This document shows positions 9,127-18,288 of a stretch of 64,000 nucleotides of DNA, one piece after another. This DNA is from a virus, in the IMG/VR virus record IMGVR_UViG_3300045738_000438, positions 3,432 through 67,431 of that record, one strand, 5' to 3'. Each line of letters begins with the position of its first letter. Position 1 is the first letter of the stretch. The translations under genes and the position numbers were made by a program. The notes under the pieces were generated by a model. The model ran no database searches. It was given only the letters and a program-made list of their open reading frames with translations, and was not told the DNA's origin.

Positions 9127-11070
9127 ATGGCTGATTCAAATCTACCTCTAGCATCGACTACATTCCAAGACAAGCAGTGTACAACTGCAATCTGGAACAA
9201 CTATGACACGTGTGGAACTATCACACGGGCGGACATCGGTTTAGCTAACCCAACCGACTTAGAAACAATTTTTAAAACCGGGACTGAGACCCAACTGGGT
9301 GGTTCAGGTAAACGATACCGGGACATGGAAAGCCTTTTGGTTACCAATCTTGAGCTTAAGGCTTGCGGTGGACGCCAGTACGGCCTCTATGACTGGCTGA
9401 TGTCCAGTGGTAAATCAATGGGCGGCGGTGTGACCAAGCGTTCCATAGCTGGGGCGGGGGTTGAGATTGAGCCGTTCATCATGGCTGCCCAGAAGGACAC
9501 CATTAAGGACGATTACTGGACAGTGGAGAAAGTCTTTAACCACCTGTACAAGTATGAGACCCACGCTAACGGCACTGGCACAACTCCGTCTTCGGCTGAC
9601 AGCACTTTAGCCGCCGCACCGTTCTCTGGCATAGTGAGCGGTAACCTTGTTGTCCGTGTTTTAGTAAACTCTGATAGCAACCAATCTGCTGCGGCTGCTT
9701 ATTTTACAAGGGGAGCATCCTTCTTTTGGTTCTCAAAAGACAGCACAGGGAAGAGCTACAAGGTTGAGTTCAAGGTCAAAGATGTCCCCACTGTAACCCT
9801 CTCCAAGGCTGGCCCTGCCGTTGCCGGTGCTGAGACCATTGACATCCTGTGTGTGCCAGTTAGCGCGTTTGCTGCTAATAACGCCATTGGTGGAACCGCT
9901 TCGGCGGATGTTACTGCTGCTGATATTGTGTTTGGGGCCAACAAGGTGTTATCCCTTTTGGGTTCCCAAGGCACAGGAGGACAGGGTGTTCTTGTTGCTG
10001 GCACAAATAACGTAAGTGACTTTGAAAGCTGGTGCTTCAATCGTCCTGCGCTGAACACCAACAAGCACGTTCCGTTCTGGTACCAGACCAGCCGTTACAC
10101 GCTATGTGTTGACCAGTTCTACAAGGAATGGTTGGAGCGGATGATGCGTACAAACTCCTACTTCCAGAAGTTTGGTGACGTTTCATTGGCAGATCGCAAC
10201 GCGCAGTTGGGAATGCGGTTCCAAAAAGAGTGGGTGAACTCCTTCTTCTTTGGGAACAAGATCGGCCCCTTACAGACTCTTGCTGGATACAAGGGTTTAG
10301 AGACGGTGACTGCACATGATCCCAGTGAATCTTCGCTGGCGACGGGTCTTGAGGGTAGCGCAATCGGTTACCGCGCCAACGCAGTTGGTGTCTACCGTCA
10401 GCTTGCTGATTGTGGGCGTGTGGTTGACAAGCGGGCTGTTGCCTTCGACCTCCGCTCGTTTATCGAAAACGACATCTTCGACATTGTTCGTTCCCGCAAG
10501 GATCAGAACAAGCCTTCGGATCAAATTGACGTGTTCACGGACTCCAAGACAGCCAAGAACATCTTCAATGCGATGGTTAGGTACTACGCGCTTGAGGGGG
10601 GTGCCTCTCAGTCCAGCAACACTGTTTCTGGTGGCGCACTGAGGCTGAACATGGATATCACAGCCAAGAACATCGACAGCTTGGGTTTCTATTCCAACTC
10701 ATACAAGCTGCATTACCCCGCTGGTGTGACGCTTAACGTGATCACCAACGAGTTCTTCGATGATATGGTGTCAGCCTCCAAGGCGGCTGATGTTAGCACC
10801 ACCGCTGCCACGGACGGCTCCAATGGTCGATACCTCATGGTGTTGGACTTGGGCGGCGGCATCTATCCGGGGATCATCGGCAGCAACCGTGTGGTTCATA
10901 CCACCGGGGCACTGAACGAATTGGCTAAAGTCAACGCGGATTACGCCTGCGTCATGGCGAATCCGACCAAGGAAACCACGCTCAACTCCTTGACGTGGAC
11001 TGCGGTTGTGGAGTGCCCTTCGGATAATCTCATCATTGAGAATTTCCAAGACGCCGCCATGTCAGTATAA
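9127..11070 (+). CDS. major capsid protein (putative, long form)
   Basis: Follows portal and scaffold, structured leader, strong terminator after it; 647 aa. Confidence 0.7.
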   Translation: MADSNLPLASTTFQDKQCTTAIWNNYDTCGTITRADIGLANPTDLETIFKTGTETQLGGSGKRYRDMESLLVTNLELKACGGRQYGLYDWLMSSGKSMGGGVTKRSIAGAGVEIEPFIMAAQKDTIKDDYWTVEKVFNHLYKYETHANGTGTTPSSADSTLAAAPFSGIVSGNLVVRVLVNSDSNQSAAAAYFTRGASFFWFSKDSTGKSYKVEFKVKDVPTVTLSKAGPAVAGAETIDILCVPVSAFAANNAIGGTASADVTAADIVFGANKVLSLLGSQGTGGQGVLVAGTNNVSDFESWCFNRPALNTNKHVPFWYQTSRYTLCVDQFYKEWLERMMRTNSYFQKFGDVSLADRNAQLGMRFQKEWVNSFFFGNKIGPLQTLAGYKGLETVTAHDPSESSLATGLEGSAIGYRANAVGVYRQLADCGRVVDKRAVAFDLRSFIENDIFDIVRSRKDQNKPSDQIDVFTDSKTAKNIFNAMVRYYALEGGASQSSNTVSGGALRLNMDITAKNIDSLGFYSNSYKLHYPAGVTLNVITNEFFDDMVSASKAADVSTTAATDGSNGRYLMVLDLGGGIYPGIIGSNRVVHTTGALNELAKVNADYACVMANPTKETTLNSLTWTAVVECPSDNLIIENFQDAAMSV

Positions 11071-11096
11071 GCTAAGGCTTGAAAGTCACATAATTC

Positions 11097-11129
11097 AGAG
11101 GGGCGGTTTTCAGAACCGCCCCTCTTTTT
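11097..11129 (+). terminator. rho-independent terminator
   Basis: AGAGGGGCGGTT-TTCAG-AACCGCCCCTCT followed by T run. Confidence 0.9.
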
Positions 11130-11144
11130 GTATACTAAACCGCT

Positions 11145-11579
11145 ATGGCAAATGCTAAGAAGCATTACTGGAAAATTGACGGTGCGGGAGTGTCATTTAA
11201 CCTCCCAGACGGATCAAAAGTTTTTTTTGAAAAAGTCTACGGAAACATAGGTTTCGCTATTGTCGATGATGACCAGAACGAGCAGCTTGTGGCCATGCTT
11301 GGGACGGGTGGCCTCGTCCAGACAACCAAAGGGGATTACGATGAGCTAAAAAAAAAGCCGCCTTTAGATCAATCTCCTCGGCAATGGAGAGAAGAGTTCA
11401 GCCCAGAGATGCTGTCTTCGTCGCCCCAGTACGAGAAAGTCGCCGCTGCTGTGGCGGCTGATGCTGAACAGGGTTCCGATAAAGATGTGACGCCATCTGC
11501 AAAACAAGCCAAGCAGGCTAAGCTGCCCGCTGATGACAAGCCGCTTGCGGGTAAGCGCAAGGCAAAAACTAAAGACTGA
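11145..11579 (+). CDS. hypothetical virion-module protein
   Basis: ORF after capsid terminator, TGATG coupling to next gene. Confidence 0.7.
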   Translation: MANAKKHYWKIDGAGVSFNLPDGSKVFFEKVYGNIGFAIVDDDQNEQLVAMLGTGGLVQTTKGDYDELKKKPPLDQSPRQWREEFSPEMLSSSPQYEKVAAAVAADAEQGSDKDVTPSAKQAKQAKLPADDKPLAGKRKAKTKD

Positions 11580-13390
11580 TGAAATTCTCTGAACTGGTAG
11601 ATGAGTTACGGGCCGACATTTGGCCTGAAGGTGTTCCTGAAAGTCTTGCTGGCCCCATCGGCAAGAGTTTTGAAGCTGGAATAACTCACCTTCAAAGGTA
11701 TGTCCCCTGCCTCCAGAACAGAAACATTGACCGATACGCGCAGTGCGCCACTTACTTTCAGGGAGGCAAGACCGTGTTCTCTGCGCCTAAAGGCCGCATC
11801 CAGCGCGTATACACAATCTTAGGGAAGTCAGGTGAAGAGGTGTATCCTGCCCTGTTTAAGCAGGTCACCAAGGATGAGCTTGAGTGTGACAGCCTCAAGC
11901 ATCTTTCAATGATCTACCCGCCGCTGAACCTAGCCAACGAGGATTTGCCTATGGGGTTCAAGTATCCTGAAAAGGATTCGGACTACATGGTGGACGCAAC
12001 CGGGGCAAAGAAAACGACGAAGCATTACCGTGCCGTCATAGGGCGGTGGGCGGTGGAGAAGGAGAAGTTGTACGTTTCACCGTGGATCAATTCAGACGAG
12101 ATAGTTGTTGTTGAGTGGGACGGGATTAAGAACAGCTTCAGTGGTGATGACATCATCACGGACGATGTGGACTTCAGGCGCACTTTGCGGTTGTTTGTCC
12201 AGCGTGAAACTGCGCGTGACTTTGACGCAGACTACGAGCGGTACAGGTACATGACCGTTGATTTCAATGAGGCACTGGGCGACCTGATCCATGAGTGCAA
12301 GAAAGAGAACGAAGTTAGGAAGACGTTTTACTGCGAGGAGGCATACGAAGTCTTGGCAGCCCGGAGGAACAAGGTCTACGCCGAGGAGAAGGATGCGGCT
12401 ACGGCAGCGGCGGCAGTGGTGGACGCCATAACCTCCTACACGTTTGGCGTGATTGGAGACTACGGTGCATCATTGGCAGCATCAGGTGCATGGAATGGCG
12501 ACAACGCCGAGGCGGTTGCTACATTGGTCAAGGGGTGGAGTCCAGACTTCATCCTTACGGTTGGTGATAATAGTTACAGCCCCACAGGCGGGGACACTGG
12601 TGGAGCGACTAGCGATATCAGGCACGGCAAGTATGACCAAAATATTGCCCAGTGGTACGGTGACTTTATATTCCCCTACGGTGGTGATAATGATGCCTAT
12701 ACCAGCACCGCAACCGAGAACAAGTTTTTCCCTGCTGTCGGCAACCACGACATTACAGAGAACTACGGGACTACGGATGCCGGGTTGAAGACGTGGCGCG
12801 GTTTCTTTTCACTGCCCAACAACGAAACAAACTACGTTGTCAAGAAGGGCCACGTGGATTTCTTCTGCGTGTTCAGCAACAAGAGAACTTCGGTGGCAAC
12901 TGCTTATGATTCCAATCTTGGTGTAGGCGAAACCAGTGCGATGCATGAATGGTTGGATGCTGCTCTTGCTAACAGCACCGCACACTGGAAGGTGGTTTAC
13001 TTCCATCATGCACCCTATACGTCAGAGTCTACCCACCTGAATGGTGATGCCGACATGCAGTGGGACTTCCCCACAATGGGAAACAACGGGGCTGACGTTG
13101 TTCTGTCCGGTCACTCCCATTGTTACGAGCGGCTCAAGGATGCCAACGGGTTCCCTTACTTGATTTGCGGCGCAAGCGGAGCAGAACTTCGGGCACAGGG
13201 ATCAACGAGCGGACTGGCCGCCGGGATAACAAGTGAGAAATATTACAGCACCGAACATGGTGCCATTAGGGGGACAGTGGATAACACGACCCTTACGTTT
13301 GAATTTATCAATAAGTCAGGAACCGTGATTGAGACATACACGCTGACCAAGGGGGCATCGGACACCACCACAACTAGAACTGTAACATGA
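11579..13390 (+). CDS. head-tail adaptor-like N-terminus fused to a calcineurin-like metallophosphoesterase
   Basis: GDYG, GDNSY, GNHD, FHHAPY, GHSH motifs in the C-terminal half; adaptor call is from position and the MKFSELVDELR start. Confidence 0.8.
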   Translation: MKFSELVDELRADIWPEGVPESLAGPIGKSFEAGITHLQRYVPCLQNRNIDRYAQCATYFQGGKTVFSAPKGRIQRVYTILGKSGEEVYPALFKQVTKDELECDSLKHLSMIYPPLNLANEDLPMGFKYPEKDSDYMVDATGAKKTTKHYRAVIGRWAVEKEKLYVSPWINSDEIVVVEWDGIKNSFSGDDIITDDVDFRRTLRLFVQRETARDFDADYERYRYMTVDFNEALGDLIHECKKENEVRKTFYCEEAYEVLAARRNKVYAEEKDAATAAAAVVDAITSYTFGVIGDYGASLAASGAWNGDNAEAVATLVKGWSPDFILTVGDNSYSPTGGDTGGATSDIRHGKYDQNIAQWYGDFIFPYGGDNDAYTSTATENKFFPAVGNHDITENYGTTDAGLKTWRGFFSLPNNETNYVVKKGHVDFFCVFSNKRTSVATAYDSNLGVGETSAMHEWLDAALANSTAHWKVVYFHHAPYTSESTHLNGDADMQWDFPTMGNNGADVVLSGHSHCYERLKDANGFPYLICGASGAELRAQGSTSGLAAGITSEKYYSTEHGAIRGTVDNTTLTFEFINKSGTVIETYTLTKGASDTTTTRTVT

Positions 13391-15861
13391 CACCTGTACC
13401 AAAACCTGCGCGCCGAACCATTTTTGAGAACATAAAAGACGCCCCGTGCATAGGGGTTAAAAGTGTTGTCACCACTATTGATGACACCACTGTAGTCGGG
13501 GAAGCAGCGGGTTGTAGTGACCCGGAGTATGCTGCGTTGGCGGGTGAAGCCCTCTGCTCAAACGCGCCTTCAATAGAGAGACTTATCGTCGGCCCAACAT
13601 CTGGGCACACTATAGCTGCGGTTACTGGAAGGGCTTCGTATTCAGCCAAGCTTGAGTTTAAGTACAAAGACGGGACGATCAGGAAAAAGGATGTAACTAA
13701 GGAGGCTTCATGGGATTCGGTCAATCGTTCAGTTGCGAAGTGGGCCGGGGCTGAGAGGGGGGTATTCATGGGACTCTTCAACCCAGACACACCAACATCA
13801 ACAACAAGTATTATTGCGACTTACACACCTTCTGCTCCTGTTAATGGGGAAAACAGAACACGGGTGAAGGGGAATAAGCTGGAAGGCAGCGCACCCATCA
13901 CGGTTCAGCACAGGTGCGTGGATAACGCAATAGACATTGTTCTGGTTGTGGACAGGAGTGGGTCAATGCGGAAGGTCGATGATGCGGATGGAGGAATATC
14001 AAGGATAGAAGGTGCCAAGGCGGCATGTAGGGCACTCATTGAAAACGCCAAAATGGCAGAGCCGAAAGGCAATCCTTCTAAAGATTCAAACCCAGCAGAA
14101 GAAACCGTTACAAGCCCAGCAAACCCGCGTGGAGAATTTGACAGGATAGGGATCATTAGCTATGCAGGTAAAAGTGGAGAGAAAGCTGTTCACCGTCACT
14201 CAGATAAATTCCTACTAACGAAAAGTGAAGCCCTTGCTGTGGTTGATGAGATAGAAATATCCAGTGATTGCGAAGGGCCAAGCAAGCGACTGAAGGGTTG
14301 CTACACTGGGATGGGTGGCGGGCTAGATGAAGCCTACAACTTGCTCAAGGAGGACTACAGGGGGGCAACACCGCGCACCAACTACCCAAGGAAAGTTATC
14401 GTCTTACTGACAGACGGCCATGAGAACGTCTGCGCCCCTGACCCTGAAGTGATTGCTGCCAAGATTGTGGCTGACAGGATTGGTTCTTCCACTGAGTCAA
14501 ACGCCTGCAACACCATGATTGCAGTTGTAGGTTTCACACTAGACTCCACAGCCACGGTGAAAAGATGCAACGGCGCAAGTGTGACCGTTGATGTCTTCTT
14601 AAAGGCACTCGGAAATTGTTACGGAAACTCAACAAGCAGTGCGCTTTCGTTGGTTTTCTACCCGCAAAACATTGATGACCTTAAGGTAACATTCACTGAT
14701 GCCATGCGGAAAATATGCGAGGACAACGAGCAAACCGGGACAGGCACCGACACCGATACGCCGTGTGAGTACCTTGCAATAACAAACATGTACAAGGGGC
14801 ACGCAAAGGAACTCTTGGATAAGTTCAGCTTTGACGGTTTTAAGAAATGGTTTGTCTGTAAGAACACGGTAGACCTAATGGGCACACACGTATTCAAGAC
14901 TGTCCAACCGGGGCTTGGAACCTATGTGGGCCTAATTGGTAACCGTGGGACAAAACAATTATCAGACCTTAAGCAGGCTAATTTGTTTTCGGATTTTGGT
15001 AAGGAAGCCAAAACATGCCAAAGGATGTTCGCCCCTTATGACCACAACTTTGGGGGCATAGAAACCAAGACTAAGTATCACCTGTCAAGTCTCACGGAGT
15101 ACAGGCTGGTTGTGAAGGCGGCAGGAAATATCACACAAGGAGCAGGGCAGTTTAAACACGGCGTAGAACTTGGGAGTAGCATCAGGATTACCGTTGGAGG
15201 GAAGCAGGAGGGAACACTTGAGATAAGTAAAGCGTACCCAGACGGAAGGGTTGCCAGATACATTGACGAGGAAGGCACCATAGAGGATGGGCGAGTTGAT
15301 AATATCCCAAGACTGGTGACAAGGGAGATTGTTGGGGCACTGTTTGAGGTGGTTGAACCCATAGGCCCAAGCAGCGCAGCATTTGACTATTCTTATACGT
15401 TCTGGGGCAACAACAAAGAGAACGCCATAAGGATAGAGCAGTTCCCTGCTGATTACTCGGACGAGGCGAACTATGCCACAAGCACCACCGATCACATGTT
15501 TGCAAATGCCGCAGCAAGAGACGCCATCTTCGATGGTAAAGGGTGTGCCGTGATCAAGGGAGACCCTGAAGGGGATGAAGAAAGCCCACTGCTTGTATCC
15601 GACTTCAGCGGGTTTGTTGCCGAGGGCAACGCGGCAGGTGGAAGGGTTGCTGTAAGTGCTGACAACGCCCACCTCTACGAGTACCAAACAAGCGGAGCTG
15701 ACGCCGAGTTAAGCAACGTGCCGTTTGGGGTAAACATTATAGAGGTCACGCTACAGTCAGGGAAGACGGTCGATGGGGTGTTTATACCTAATACAATCGC
15801 AGCCGCAGACCACATACTCTTTGATGACTTTGAAGACGCTGGAGGAGTTGTAGCACCGTAA
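13387..15861 (+). CDS. vWA-domain virion protein
   Basis: DIVLVVDRSGSM (MIDAS DxSxS), TGMGGGL, RKVIVLLTDG; Ig-like (Big_2-type) segment DVTKEASWDS before it. Confidence 0.8.
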   Translation: MTPVPKPARRTIFENIKDAPCIGVKSVVTTIDDTTVVGEAAGCSDPEYAALAGEALCSNAPSIERLIVGPTSGHTIAAVTGRASYSAKLEFKYKDGTIRKKDVTKEASWDSVNRSVAKWAGAERGVFMGLFNPDTPTSTTSIIATYTPSAPVNGENRTRVKGNKLEGSAPITVQHRCVDNAIDIVLVVDRSGSMRKVDDADGGISRIEGAKAACRALIENAKMAEPKGNPSKDSNPAEETVTSPANPRGEFDRIGIISYAGKSGEKAVHRHSDKFLLTKSEALAVVDEIEISSDCEGPSKRLKGCYTGMGGGLDEAYNLLKEDYRGATPRTNYPRKVIVLLTDGHENVCAPDPEVIAAKIVADRIGSSTESNACNTMIAVVGFTLDSTATVKRCNGASVTVDVFLKALGNCYGNSTSSALSLVFYPQNIDDLKVTFTDAMRKICEDNEQTGTGTDTDTPCEYLAITNMYKGHAKELLDKFSFDGFKKWFVCKNTVDLMGTHVFKTVQPGLGTYVGLIGNRGTKQLSDLKQANLFSDFGKEAKTCQRMFAPYDHNFGGIETKTKYHLSSLTEYRLVVKAAGNITQGAGQFKHGVELGSSIRITVGGKQEGTLEISKAYPDGRVARYIDEEGTIEDGRVDNIPRLVTREIVGALFEVVEPIGPSSAAFDYSYTFWGNNKENAIRIEQFPADYSDEANYATSTTDHMFANAAARDAIFDGKGCAVIKGDPEGDEESPLLVSDFSGFVAEGNAAGGRVAVSADNAHLYEYQTSGADAELSNVPFGVNIIEVTLQSGKTVDGVFIPNTIAAADHILFDDFEDAGGVVAP

Positions 15862-16799
15862 TGGAACTGGCAGAACAGGAGCGGTTGCAAACCACGGATG
15901 TTCAGTCTGATGTGGGGCCACCAAACCTAGAGTCTTTCTCAACGGTTGCGGTTGGCAAGGAGGGATATGAGGCGGCAGTCCTCATGTACAGCATAAGGCA
16001 GTATTCAGATAAACCTATATTCCTTTTTGCGGACGAAGCCGCGCTAAACCTTTTGGTTAAAAGGCTGCCGTCCGGGGTTGAGGTTACCGAAGTCCCAAGT
16101 GAAGTCCTGAAGGAAAGGCGTAAGGAGTTTCCTGAGAACCTGTCTGAGGTGTGGAACAGGGGAAAGGAGTTAAGCAGCCTGTTCCCTCCTGAGATTTTAT
16201 CCCTGAAGATGGACGCCATGCTTAAGGCCATTAAAAGGGCAGGCAACACCTTGTTCGTTGATGCGGACATAGTGTTCACTGGCCCAGTCTCATGTAACTT
16301 TACAACACCTCTGGTGTTAAGCCCACACTTTGAAGACGTGACCTCTATAGGGGGTGAGTACAACGCGGGTTACGTTTACTCAAGCAGCGATGAATTTCCT
16401 TACCACTGGAAGCAAAAGTTTGAAGATGACTCGTCATTCTTTGAGCAGGAGTGCATGACACGCTTCCCGTTTAATTTTGACACAAGAACCTTCGGCAAGA
16501 GCCACAACGTAGGGCTTTGGAGGACGCGCCTGCTAGACCCAAGGAGGTCTCCGCAGATGCACATGAAGGAACTGGGGATAAAGAGCCTTTCGGATGTAAC
16601 CATAGAGGGCGGGAAGCTGGTTAGCTTCCACCTGCACTTAAGGCCAAGGGTGCTACAAAGAGACCCGTCTTATAACATCGTTAATGTTTTTTACGAAGCA
16701 ATGAAGCGTTCTGCAAACGAGAAACACAAGGAGCTACTCCGGTTTATTAACAACGAATATATACCTGACGCATTCATGTATGGGTTAGGGGAAGATTAA
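15861..16799 (+). CDS. GT-A fold glycosyltransferase
   Basis: TLFVDADIVF (DXD), YNAGYVY, FFEQ. Confidence 0.7.
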   Translation: MELAEQERLQTTDVQSDVGPPNLESFSTVAVGKEGYEAAVLMYSIRQYSDKPIFLFADEAALNLLVKRLPSGVEVTEVPSEVLKERRKEFPENLSEVWNRGKELSSLFPPEILSLKMDAMLKAIKRAGNTLFVDADIVFTGPVSCNFTTPLVLSPHFEDVTSIGGEYNAGYVYSSSDEFPYHWKQKFEDDSSFFEQECMTRFPFNFDTRTFGKSHNVGLWRTRLLDPRRSPQMHMKELGIKSLSDVTIEGGKLVSFHLHLRPRVLQRDPSYNIVNVFYEAMKRSANEKHKELLRFINNEYIPDAFMYGLGED

Positions 16800-16814
16800 A
16801 CTATCATAGTATAA
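16796..16814. repeat. 19-bp palindrome copy 3
   Basis: TTAAACTATCATAGTATAA between stop 16799 and start 16818. Confidence 0.95.
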
Positions 16815-16817
16815 GAG

Positions 16818-18284
16818 ATGCCAAACATAAGACCATCAGACTTTAGCTACTACCTTCCCAAGGAGAAGGACACGGTGGCTCAGGGTCTTCTTAAGTTCAT
16901 ACGTTTCTCAATTGTTTTTTGGCGTTGGTTCAGGTCTTCCGTTAACACGGACGGAAGCCTAAGCACCCAGTTTAAGGGTGGCCTTTGCAACTTAGACCGG
17001 GACAACTGTCGCCAAGGCAAGACGGTTGTTCCGGGGGAAGGCCCGGAGAATGGCGGCGGTGGAGGCAACGGTGGGGGCGGCGGCGGCGGCGGCGGGGGTG
17101 GAACCGGCGGCGGCGGGGGTGGAGCGGGAGACTGCTCTCAGGTTGCCTTCAGTGACCCAGCTTGTTGTGACACGGTTCGTCATTATGGCATGGACATGCC
17201 AGACGGGGTAGAGGAGTCGAACCGAAAGAACGTCAAGGCCCGTGGTTCCTTTCATTATTACAACCCGGTTAGACTGGATGGCATAACTGGCGGGGTAGAT
17301 TTGTTTTGCGACAACGATGGCCGCAAACAGGTGGGTGTGTTGATGACGCACAAGCAGTCATTCACGTCAAACATGGCGTGGTCTAGGGATGTGGCTTCAT
17401 ATTCATCTCCGATATCTGGGACTGGGTCAACAAGCGGAGGGCAAACAGAGTTCATTGGGGAATACCCGGACGAAGAGAACAGGGGCACAGCCCTGCACAA
17501 GACTGGCTCATGGCAATGGACGGAGGTTTTGATCTATGGGTACACGGACATGCTTATCCCGCCAAAGGACGCCATCAAGGGGGCTAAGGTTCTTGGGAGC
17601 TTTACAACAAACCCACTAAGCCCCGTAGCAGCAGGTACGCCGATACGCTTTCTGGTTGAAAACAACGGGGAATGGTGTGTGCGCCTATGGATTAGGGACT
17701 GGCCGTTGGATGCTGTAGACAATGGGGGCTGGCCAACACGTGGGTTTCGCATTGATTTTAGCAGGGCAATACCTTACGAGTACAATCCGCAGTACGTGGC
17801 GTGGGATGGCGACCCAGAAGAAATGGGGCAACTCCCTTCTTCACAGCTTTATTGGCCACAGGAATACACGGCAGGCACAAATGGGGTCAGGAAACATCAA
17901 CGATATCTGACTAAAGTAAACGGCGTAAGGATCACACTGGCAGGAAAACACGTGGGCATAACTGAGACACTTAAGCGTCCTTTATTATGCGGAAACTCAC
18001 CGTGGATGGGGCCGATTGGAACGTACCAAAATGCGCCTAACGCCGAAGGGTTTGTTGTGTACGACGAGCGGTGGCAAAATGAAAGACCTTGCTACACTGA
18101 ACAGGCAGGTAACGATATCGTCCAGACCAAGCCGAGGGCGTTCACGTGGTCTGAGGACGGGAAGGGTTCCAGCCATTCGTCATACCCAATGAGTTGCGTG
18201 AACGAGTTAGAAGTGACTTACGATATCTCACAAGACAAAGCCAATATAGACGCATCACATTTAACACAAGAAAGAAGAGGATAA
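16818..18284 (+). CDS. tail fibre/spike-like protein with poly-Gly linker
   Basis: N-terminal anchor shared with the next gene, Gly tract, beta-rich C-terminus. Confidence 0.6.
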   Translation: MPNIRPSDFSYYLPKEKDTVAQGLLKFIRFSIVFWRWFRSSVNTDGSLSTQFKGGLCNLDRDNCRQGKTVVPGEGPENGGGGGNGGGGGGGGGGGTGGGGGGAGDCSQVAFSDPACCDTVRHYGMDMPDGVEESNRKNVKARGSFHYYNPVRLDGITGGVDLFCDNDGRKQVGVLMTHKQSFTSNMAWSRDVASYSSPISGTGSTSGGQTEFIGEYPDEENRGTALHKTGSWQWTEVLIYGYTDMLIPPKDAIKGAKVLGSFTTNPLSPVAAGTPIRFLVENNGEWCVRLWIRDWPLDAVDNGGWPTRGFRIDFSRAIPYEYNPQYVAWDGDPEEMGQLPSSQLYWPQEYTAGTNGVRKHQRYLTKVNGVRITLAGKHVGITETLKRPLLCGNSPWMGPIGTYQNAPNAEGFVVYDERWQNERPCYTEQAGNDIVQTKPRAFTWSEDGKGSSHSSYPMSCVNELEVTYDISQDKANIDASHLTQERRG

Positions 18285-18288
18285 TTCT

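Noticed and set aside
11215-11360. Programmed frameshift at T8/A9 runs
   Set aside because: The ORF is intact and coupled to the next gene; no long-tail chaperone context
17050-17125. GGC-rich repeat as a DNA element
   Set aside because: Encodes a poly-Gly linker in frame
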